DNA of 12,286 nucleotides from Acidobacteriota bacterium (lineage in GTDB: Bacteria; Acidobacteriota; UBA6911; JACQSX01), in the NCBI GenBank assembly GCA_036507075.1, contig DASXQR010000027.1, positions 1 to 12,286 on the forward strand, written 5' to 3'. This document shows positions 6,393 through 12,286 of this stretch, piece after piece. The notes under the pieces are model-generated. The model saw only the letters and a list, made by a program, of their open reading frames with translations. It made no database searches and was not told the DNA's origin. Position 1 is the stretch's first letter. Every line of letters starts with the position of its first letter. Both the position numbers and the translations under genes were made by a program.

Positions 6393-8195
6393 ATGACCAA
6401 ACCCGGCCAATCCGCAGTGCGAAAACTGCCATTCGCGATTCTGGTTTCAGTGCCGGCTCCGCTCCTTTGTGTCGTTCTGGTTCTCGCTTTTCTCTCGGAG
6501 ATCACTCTTCCCCAGACCGCGGCCACTTCGCGCGTAAGAGTTCAGTCCGGCGTGCGCGTTAAAATGCGCGACGGTATCGCTCTCGTCGCCGATATTTACC
6601 GCCCCGACAGGGATGGAAGATTCCCGGTTTTACTCGAGCGCACGCCATACGACAGGCGCTCCGGTCCTGAAATGGCCTACGAGCTGGCCGGCCATGATTA
6701 CGTCGTCATCATCCAGGACACGCGCGGCCGCTATGATTCCGAAGGCCAGTTCTATCCGTTCGCCTATGAGAGCGAAGACGGTTATGACACGGTTGAATGG
6801 GCGGCAAGTCTTCCGTATTCCAACGGCGACGTCGGCATGTTCGGCGGCTCTTATGTCGGCGCCACACAGATGCTTGCCGCCATGGCTAATCCCCCACATC
6901 TGTCGGCGATCTTTCCCTACGTGACGGCTTCAGAGTACTACGAAGGCTGGACATACCAGGGAGGCGCATGGATGCAGTGGTTCAGCAGCAGTTGGACTTC
7001 TGGACTTGCCCTGGACACCTTACGAAAGCAAACCGCTTCAGAAACCCACGCACGCGACTGGGTGAGCCGGTTGCCTGTCGAGAGCTACCCGATCGTGAAG
7101 CCGCCACAAAACGTGGCTCCCTACTACCGAGACTGGATCGAGCATGAAAGGAACGACAGCTACTGGAAGCGGTGGAAAGTTTCTGATCATTATTCAGAAA
7201 TGAAGGTGAAGGGGCTGCACGCGGGCGGCTGGCATGACCTGTTTCTGAAGGGCTCGATCGAAAATTATGCCGGTTTGCGCAGCGCCGCCGCAGGCGCCCG
7301 CGACAGCCAGCGGCTGCTTGTGGGTCCCTGGGCTCACGCGCCCACATCTCCGGAAGGAAAAATCGGCGATGTAACCTTTGGCAAAAACGCCGTGCTCGAC
7401 ATGACGCAGACAGCCCTGCGCTGGTTCAACTTCGCGCTTAAGAACGAAGCGAATGATTACGCGAAGACCCCGCCGGTTCGGATTTTTGTCATGGGTGAGA
7501 ACGTGTGGCGCGAAGAGGCGAGTTTCCCCCCGGCGCGGGCTGTCATGACAACTTATTACCTCCATTCAACCAGCGGCGCTAATTCCGTCCGCGGTGATGG
7601 AAGGCTTGACACGACGGGGCCGGGAGCGGAAACGCCGGATCGCTACCAGTACGATCCCTCCGATCCGGTCCCCACAATCGGCGGCCGCCTGTGCTGCGGC
7701 AACGAGTTTCCTCCCGGTCCCTTTGATCAGCGGCCGAACGAATCGCGCCGGGATGTGCTGGTATTTTCCACCGCTCCGCTTGATCAGAATGTCGAGGTTA
7801 CCGGTTACATTGAGTTGAAGCTGTATGCCGCAACATCGGCCGTGGATACCGACTGGACGGCAATGCTGGTGGATGTAGCGCCTGATGGGTACGCGCGGTT
7901 TCTGACGGACGGAATTGTGCGGGCACGCTATCGCGATTCAACCGAAAAAGCCGATCTCGTTTCGCCGGGCAAAATTTATCCGTACAAAATTGATCTGTGG
8001 GCCACCAGTAACACATTCCGGCAGGGTCATCGCATCCGAGTTTACATTTCGAGCAGTAATTTCCCGCGCTTTAATCGAAACCTGAACACAGGCGAGTCGA
8101 CGCTTGGCTCGACCCGCATGGTGAAAGCGCAGCAGACGATCTATCACGACGCCGCCCATCCGTCGGCGATCATCCTGCCGGTGGTGAGGCGATAG
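6393..8195 (+). CDS. CocE/NonD family alpha/beta hydrolase (peptidase S15 / PepX-like), probably exported
   Basis: Motifs: VKMRDGIALVADIYRP, PVLLERTPY, QDTRGRYDSEG, DGYDTVEW, GMFGGSYVG (nucleophile Ser, 6849-6851), GGWHD, GPWAH, and C-terminal SSSNFPRFNRN. The N-terminus is hydrophobic; the exact start is uncertain. Confidence 0.93.
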   Translation: MTKPGQSAVRKLPFAILVSVPAPLLCVVLVLAFLSEITLPQTAATSRVRVQSGVRVKMRDGIALVADIYRPDRDGRFPVLLERTPYDRRSGPEMAYELAGHDYVVIIQDTRGRYDSEGQFYPFAYESEDGYDTVEWAASLPYSNGDVGMFGGSYVGATQMLAAMANPPHLSAIFPYVTASEYYEGWTYQGGAWMQWFSSSWTSGLALDTLRKQTASETHARDWVSRLPVESYPIVKPPQNVAPYYRDWIEHERNDSYWKRWKVSDHYSEMKVKGLHAGGWHDLFLKGSIENYAGLRSAAAGARDSQRLLVGPWAHAPTSPEGKIGDVTFGKNAVLDMTQTALRWFNFALKNEANDYAKTPPVRIFVMGENVWREEASFPPARAVMTTYYLHSTSGANSVRGDGRLDTTGPGAETPDRYQYDPSDPVPTIGGRLCCGNEFPPGPFDQRPNESRRDVLVFSTAPLDQNVEVTGYIELKLYAATSAVDTDWTAMLVDVAPDGYARFLTDGIVRARYRDSTEKADLVSPGKIYPYKIDLWATSNTFRQGHRIRVYISSSNFPRFNRNLNTGESTLGSTRMVKAQQTIYHDAAHPSAIILPVVRR

Positions 8196-8241
8196 TTCAA
8201 TTGCCCCCAATTCCTATGGAGCCCATCCCTCAGCCCCGATG

Positions 8242-8280
8242 GCACGCGAAGCACAGAGCCACGTCCCGCAAGGGCGTGGC
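8242..8280 (+). repeat. Solo copy of the 6167-6299 repeat arm
   Basis: GCACGCGAAGCACAGAGCCACGTCCCGCAAGGGCGTGGC differs by one base from 6169-6207. Confidence 0.9.
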
Positions 8281-8295
8281 AGGCAGTGGAAGTTC

Positions 8296-8436
8296 AGTGC
8301 GCGAAACCAGTTCGAGCAACGCATAGCCGAGCGGCATGACGACGAGCATCGGCCTTGCCTTACCTTGCGCAATCAGATTGTCCAGAATGACGTGCGCGCG
8401 CCCTACCGCCGTCCAGGCACTGGCGTCATCGCTAAA
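8296..8436 (-). pseudogene. Internal fragment of a putative esterase (CE1/Fes-like alpha/beta hydrolase)
   Basis: The minus strand reads [47 protein letters not shown]. This matches the conserved 'W...GRA..ILDNLIA.GKA.PM.VVMP' segment that follows YLLHG in these esterases. There is an in-frame stop shortly upstream, no YLLHG and no GxSxG. Confidence 0.8.
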
Positions 8437-8548
8437 GCGACAGCGGGCTGAGATCGCTGAGGCCCTGGTTGTTAATCAAAAACAAGTTTCGCAGCTTAAC
8501 TAATCGCGACAGAGGACGCAGATCCACGATAGATGTGCCGCCGCCCGC

Positions 8549-8675
8549 ACTAAACTCTTCGAGATTGGTCAGACTTGCCTGTGGAGGGAGCAAGACTCAC
8601 GTTAAATACTTCGGTGGCCAGCTTTGCCTAGAAGCTTACCGCCTAAAGGCGGTGGGCTTAAACCTGGAGATAGAA
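8549..8675. mobile_element. Probable orphan IS200/IS605-family end remnant(s), no transposase
   Basis: Hairpin ACCGCC-TAAA-GGCGGT (8638-8653) lies in the minus-strand context TTCTATCTCCAGGTTTAAGCCCACCGCCTTTAGGCGGTAAGCTTC. ACTAAACTCTTCGAGATTG...GGAGCAAGACTCA lies at 8549-8599. Both resemble, from recollection only, leaders upstream of IS200 tnpA genes. Confidence 0.4.
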
Positions 8676-8689
8676 TCTGAATGCTGTCC

Positions 8690-8713
8690 CTTCGTGTCTT
8701 CGTGACTTCGTGG
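8690..8713. repeat. Short tandem 8-mer repeat (CTTCGTGN x3), likely half of a palindromic intergenic repeat
   Basis: CTTCGTGT CTTCGTGA CTTCGTGG. Confidence 0.6.
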
Positions 8714-8757
8714 CAATTAGTTTGTGAATAATCTCGGTAAAAGAGTCAATCGTTGGG

Positions 8758-9978
8758 CTACCGCTTATCCAGGCGGATGGCAGAGAGGATCGCCGCTGCG
8801 CAAAACGCCAAAAGCGCGCCAAACATAAAACCGGCGCCCGGAGCCAGGTACGTCCAGAGCAGGCCTACGATGATGCTGGAAAAAAAATCGCCAACTCCGT
8901 CCACAGCGCTCATCAAACCGAAGCCGGTGCCGTGCTGATTCTCGTCGATCAAGGTTGATGCCAGGGCTGGTTGGCTGGATTCAATAATTGCCGTATAAAT
9001 TCCGCTCAACGCAAACAATAGCGCCAAAGATGGCAACTGGCCACTCACAAAGATAAAACCAAAACATAACAATCCGAACAGGAGATAGCCGGCGCTCAAA
9101 ATCGCTTTTTTGCTGTAACGATCAGAGAGTACCCCAATCGGGTAGCTGACCAACGCATAAACAATGTTGCTGAGCGTATACAAGCCGACAGCCAGGGTGC
9201 CTGCTGAAATGGCTCCGCGAGTTGGTTCCAGCAAGTTTTCGGCGCGCAGGATCAGAAGCGTCGGGGCAAAATTTGATATGCCGAATAATCCTACCGGGAC
9301 GAGGAACTTCATAAAATCCCTTGGCAAGCTGCTGAGGCTCTGCCAAGGGTTTTTGGCCTGCGGCGCTCTGGGTTTCTCTGCCACTAAAAGCCAAATAGAT
9401 AGAGGCGCGCAAAGCCCCGGAATCAAGCACAAGGCGAAGATGGTTCTGACGGAAACATGGGCAAGCAATAAGGTGGCTGTAAGCGGTCCGGCAATCGCTC
9501 CCAGGGTATCCATCGTTCGATGAAAGGCAAATACCCGGCCGACCGTTTCTGGTTGGGTTGATTCAACTAAAAGAGCATCTCGGGGCGGAGTTTTGACCGA
9601 CCAGCCGATCCAAGCCGTAGTGCGGCTGATCAACACGTGCCACCACGTCGCGGCCAGGGCAATACTGGCCTTGCTGAGACCGATAATGAAGTAGCCGAAG
9701 GCAGTTATGCCTTTGCGCCTGCCAATGCGGTCGCTATACCAGCCGGCCAATACTTCAAAGAATGTCGAGACTCCATCGGCCACTCCTTCGATGATTCCCA
9801 AAGCAGCAGGCGGAGCATGCAGGACCGATGACAAAAACAGCGGCAATACCGCCGAGGCCATCTCGTAATTCCAGTCGCCGAACAAGCTCCCCAATCCAAG
9901 GCCAAAGACATTTCTATTGAGCCAACCCTTTTTCAGGCTAACCGGGGGCATTGAAACTGCAGTTTGATCAGGCGGCAT
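8758..9978 (-). CDS. Major facilitator superfamily transporter (MJ1317-like by motif recollection)
   Basis: About 12 hydrophobic segments, with MFS motif A in both halves (GWYSDRIGRRK and GVLSDRYSKK). The start is uncertain: GTG 10011, ATG 9978 or ATG 9951. Confidence 0.92.
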   Translation of the reverse strand: MPPDQTAVSMPPVSLKKGWLNRNVFGLGLGSLFGDWNYEMASAVLPLFLSSVLHAPPAALGIIEGVADGVSTFFEVLAGWYSDRIGRRKGITAFGYFIIGLSKASIALAATWWHVLISRTTAWIGWSVKTPPRDALLVESTQPETVGRVFAFHRTMDTLGAIAGPLTATLLLAHVSVRTIFALCLIPGLCAPLSIWLLVAEKPRAPQAKNPWQSLSSLPRDFMKFLVPVGLFGISNFAPTLLILRAENLLEPTRGAISAGTLAVGLYTLSNIVYALVSYPIGVLSDRYSKKAILSAGYLLFGLLCFGFIFVSGQLPSLALLFALSGIYTAIIESSQPALASTLIDENQHGTGFGLMSAVDGVGDFFSSIIVGLLWTYLAPGAGFMFGALLAFCAAAILSAIRLDKR

Positions 9979-10034
9979 GGGAGGAAAGAAAGCCCTCTCG
10001 GCGGGCGACACAGCAGCTGCTTCGCAGCATCCTC

Positions 10035-10062
10035 GTAGAGACGCGGCATGCCGCGTCTCTAC
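10035..10062. repeat. GTAG-type REP, perfect 28-bp palindrome
   Basis: GTAGAGACGCGGCATGCCGCGTCTCTAC has the same GACGCGGCATGCCGCGTC core as 2481-2536 and 12271-12286. Confidence 0.9.
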
Positions 10063-10080
10063 AAATGTCCAAAATCGAGA

Positions 10081-10103
10081 TGCCGGTGGAAGACGGCGCT
10101 ACA
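10081..10103 (-). repeat. Degenerate second-family GTAG REP
   Basis: The reverse complement TGTAGCGCCGTCTTCCACCGGCA resembles TGTAGCGCCGGCCTCTGGCCGGCA at 12224-12247. Confidence 0.6.
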
Positions 10104-10197
10104 CGCGACGTTTCAAGGTCGGAGTACTTCACTCTCAAGTGTGCCTGGCGGCAGACAACGGTCCGGGAAGCCGTTCGCGGCGCAAGCTGAAACCTCT

Positions 10198-10524
10198 TCA
10201 GTGGCGCTCGGATTTTCGGTGCTGCTTCAGCAATTGTTTCTCGCTTCGCTGATGGGCTTTTAAATCCTTATTTTCCATACGCTGGTGCTCGTGCAACCTG
10301 CGTTCGGCGGCCCCGCGCTCTTGAGGCGAGATCTGCTTGATCGCTCGATGCTCGGCCTTCTGGTGTTCTTTGAGAAGTTCTTTCTCGGATTTCTGATGTT
10401 GCTTGACTGTCTGCTGCTCAGCCTTCCGGTGCTTCTTGGAAGTCTCATGTGCGCGCAGTGAATTTCCCGACACAAGCGGCAGAATGAAAGCAACCATAAT
10501 GGCGCTGAAATGTACTAACCTCAT
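10198..10524 (-). CDS. Small secreted His/Lys/Glu-rich helical repeat protein, 108 aa
   Basis: Start reassigned from 10887 to ATG 10524, which has an AAGGAG RBS and gives the signal peptide MRLVHFSAIMVAFILPLVSGNSLRA^H. It has six H-[QR]-[KR]-x-E motifs in an 11-residue period. Confidence 0.8.
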   Translation of the reverse strand: MRLVHFSAIMVAFILPLVSGNSLRAHETSKKHRKAEQQTVKQHQKSEKELLKEHQKAEHRAIKQISPQERGAAERRLHEHQRMENKDLKAHQRSEKQLLKQHRKSERH

Positions 10525-10572
10525 TGGAATCACTCCTTCCGGGCCGGTCACTGGCGGACCATTCCCATATAC

Positions 10573-10581
10573 ATTGTACCA
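10573..10581 (-). promoter_or_regulatory. Extended -10 promoter element
   Basis: TG-G-TACAAT on the minus strand about 50 bp upstream of ATG 10524. No clear -35 element. Confidence 0.45.
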
Positions 10582-10634
10582 AGGCGATAAATCGAAACGG
10601 TCCATAGGAACCGCCCGAAAATCGGCAGGAAAAG

Positions 10635-10988
10635 TTACTTCTTTTTCGTGGGCATAGTGACCTGGGAGACCTTGATGCTCTTTCCATCGGAGCTCGCGGT
10701 ACCCGAGACCTTTACGGTATGGCCGGCATGCTCCTTCAAAGCTGGCAGGGCCTGGTTTTGAATCTCGAGGACCTTGCCGCTGGCGACCAGGACATACTTG
10801 GAGCCTCCTTTGACGCAGGCCTGGGCGCAGGAACGTGGGTCTACCTTCTTGGAACCCTGAGCCATCATACTGTGGTCCTTTCCACACATGCTGTCGCTGA
10901 TTACGCCCGTCCAGGTGGTGTCGGCTGCCAGGATGCTGAGCGAGTTGAAAAGAAAGAGTGTTGGGATCAAGAAACTTGATTTGTTCAT
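10635..10988 (-). CDS. Small secreted Cys/His protein (DUF5818-like, probable OB-fold), 117 aa
   Basis: Start reassigned to ATG 10988, with GGAGG 5 nt upstream. It has a signal peptide followed by TWTGVISDSMCGKDH...CAQACVKGGSKYVLV...AGHTVKVSGT...IKV, a pattern I recognise from Acidobacteria hypothetical proteins. Confidence 0.8.
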   Translation of the reverse strand: MNKSSFLIPTLFLFNSLSILAADTTWTGVISDSMCGKDHSMMAQGSKKVDPRSCAQACVKGGSKYVLVASGKVLEIQNQALPALKEHAGHTVKVSGTASSDGKSIKVSQVTMPTKKK

Positions 10989-11017
10989 TTTTTCCTCCAT
11001 GAGTTTGTGGTTCCTAA

Positions 11018-11206
11018 GAAAGAATTCACCACAGAGGCTTAGCGCGGCGAAGCCGCAATCAAAAGTCAAGGAGAGACGGCCTGAGCGCCGTCTCTCTGCG
11101 GTGTCCTGCCAAGCTGAGACGACCCTCAGGCCGTCTCTCCGCGGTATCCTGCCAAACTGAGACGGCCCTCAGGCCGTCTCTCCGCGTCTCTGTGGTTAAT
11201 TCTTTC
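11018..11206. repeat. Composite palindromic element: 19-bp terminal inverted repeats, a GAA-loop hairpin and a 43-bp tandem array
   Basis: GAAAGAATTCACCACAGAG (11018-11036) pairs with CTCTGTGGTTAATTCTTTC (11188-11206) with one mismatch. A GCGGC-GAA-GCCGC hairpin lies at 11044-11056. The 43-bp units start at 11073, 11116 and 11159 (last one partial), each opening with a GAGACG...CGTCTC hairpin. Confidence 0.88.
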
Positions 11207-12219
11207 ACATTCTTGCGCGTGTGTAGCGCGGGTCTTGGCAATGGGTGCATCGGATCCAACGCGGTCTGCAAAGCAATCACTGCCAGAACGGCAGGTACAT
11301 AGGCGGCTGTTTCAGATGGAAGAAGCCTGCGACGACTCAGCTCCCAGAAATTGTGAACTCCGGCTTTGGCAATAGCAGCCGCGATTCGCATCTCACCCGC
11401 GTTGAAAGCTGCCAGCGCCAGGTGCCAGTTCTGAAAACGGTTATATAAATCCCGTAGATGACGAGCCGCCGCCCGCGTGGATTTGGCCGGGTCGATTCTT
11501 TCATCCACGTCCTTGGTCTGACGAAGACCATAGCGGCGACCGGTCTCGGGGATGAACTGCCACAGGCCGCGCGCGTTGGCAGAGGAGAGCGCCAGTGGGT
11601 CGAATCCGCTTTCGATCTGGGCCTGGTAAATCAGCTCCGGCGGAAGCCCTTCCTCGCGAAATATCGTTTCCATTATGGAGCGGTAAATCACTGCCCGCCG
11701 GCTGGTTCTTAGGAACGTTGCTTTTCCGCGACCCTGAAAAAATCGGACGAATTGTCCAATTCTGTCACCAGGAAGGCCAAAGGGTGTGAAATCCGCCTCT
11801 CGAGTTTTCGGCGGTCCGAGCACTGACTGCAACTCGCTTTTGAGTTTAAACTCGAATTCCCCGGACAGACCGGTCAGGGCAAATTTGGACTCAGACGTGG
11901 ATTGGAGCAGCTTCAAGGCCGATTGAAACCGCTCGCCCGCCATCTCAGTCTTACCCTGTGTCATGAGCTGCTCGCCTTCTTCTCGAAGCCGCTGTGCTCT
12001 TAGAACCACATCGGCTCGTTCAGCACGTTGCAGAATCGCTGAAGCGACATGATCTAGTGAACGATGAATTCCTGCCTGGCTCGATTCAATTTGCGAACTG
12101 GATCCTCGATCTGATGCCTGGCTTTGGCCGAGTGAGACCGCAACGCTGGTGAAAACTAGCACGGCAATGGAGAAACAAAAGGCTCTCGGCTGTCGCTCTG
12201 AGAAGAGAGATGAAACCAT
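11059..12219 (-). CDS. Lytic murein transglycosylase (SLT domain, MltD-like, no LysM), exported
   Basis: Motifs: LPPELIYQAQIES (catalytic Glu), ARGLWQFIPETGRRYGL, DERIDPAKSTRAAARHLRDLY, WHLALAAFNAGE and ETAAYVP. There is an N-terminal hydrophobic signal. The last ~48 codons derive from the repeat element. The start is uncertain: no RBS, and the frame is open to the window edge. Confidence 0.92.
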   Translation of the reverse strand: MVSSLFSERQPRAFCFSIAVLVFTSVAVSLGQSQASDRGSSSQIESSQAGIHRSLDHVASAILQRAERADVVLRAQRLREEGEQLMTQGKTEMAGERFQSALKLLQSTSESKFALTGLSGEFEFKLKSELQSVLGPPKTREADFTPFGLPGDRIGQFVRFFQGRGKATFLRTSRRAVIYRSIMETIFREEGLPPELIYQAQIESGFDPLALSSANARGLWQFIPETGRRYGLRQTKDVDERIDPAKSTRAAARHLRDLYNRFQNWHLALAAFNAGEMRIAAAIAKAGVHNFWELSRRRLLPSETAAYVPAVLAVIALQTALDPMHPLPRPALHTRKNVKELTTETRRDGLRAVSVWQDTAERRPEGRLSLAGHRRETALRPSLLDF

Positions 12220-12223
12220 GAAC

Positions 12224-12247
12224 TGTAGCGCCGGCCTCTGGCCGGCA
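12224..12247 (+). repeat. GTAG-type REP (second family)
   Basis: TGTAGC followed by the hairpin GCCGGCC-TCT-GGCCGGC. Confidence 0.7.
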
Positions 12248-12270
12248 CCGGCGCGGCCTTGCGGCGACCA

Positions 12271-12286
12271 CGTAGCGACGCGGCAT
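12271..12286 (+). repeat. Partial GTAG REP at the window edge
   Basis: CGTAGCGACGCGGCAT is identical to 2481-2496. Confidence 0.85.

Noticed and set aside
6103..6562. ORF 6153-6344 (ATGA-coupled to S41 paralog 2) and overlapping ORFs
   Set aside because: They are made largely of the inverted repeat and read alike on both strands ([15 protein letters not shown]). The ATGA overlap is probably coincidental.
8229..8452. 8-bp inverted repeat CTCAGCCC/GGGCTGAG flanking the esterase fragment
   Set aside because: It is short enough to occur by chance in a region this size, and no target-site duplication is visible.
10121..10196. Additional degenerate REP pair or IS200 tnpA C-terminal remnant
   Set aside because: The similarity is too weak to support without a search.
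10198..10887. 229-aa ORF as a single gene
   Set aside because: Its first 121 codons overlap the Cys/His gene out of frame and the intergenic promoter. The RBS and signal peptide support ATG 10524.
11073..11186. Mini CRISPR array (palindromic 22-bp repeats at a regular period)
   Set aside because: The 'spacers' are nearly identical to each other and only about 21 bp, and there are no cas genes or leader. It is a tandem repeat.

Overview
This is a 12.3 kb bacterial chromosomal window of moderately high GC. It is probably from Acidobacteriota, inferred from gene content and repeat types and not verified. The left two-thirds is dominated by exported hydrolases. On the minus strand there is a Tat-signal M20 metallopeptidase running off the left edge (absent from the ORF track), preceded by a metacaspase fragment that stops before its catalytic Cys. 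On the plus strand there is a stand-alone TolB/PD40 beta-propeller, two translationally coupled CPAF-like S41/PDZ proteases and a CocE/NonD hydrolase. The right third holds a convergent minus-strand run: a lytic transglycosylase, a small Cys/His secreted protein, a secreted His/Glu 11-residue-repeat protein and an MFS transporter. Most intergenic gaps contain palindromic REP/REPIN/MITE-like repeats from several families. There is also an esterase gene remnant and probable IS200/IS605 end remnants. The best candidate for an undescribed system is a paired CPAF-like protease locus (possibly a heterodimer, or a 'split tricorn' with the neighbouring propeller) inside an exported peptide-degradation cluster. 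No database searches were run; all family calls come from motif recognition.
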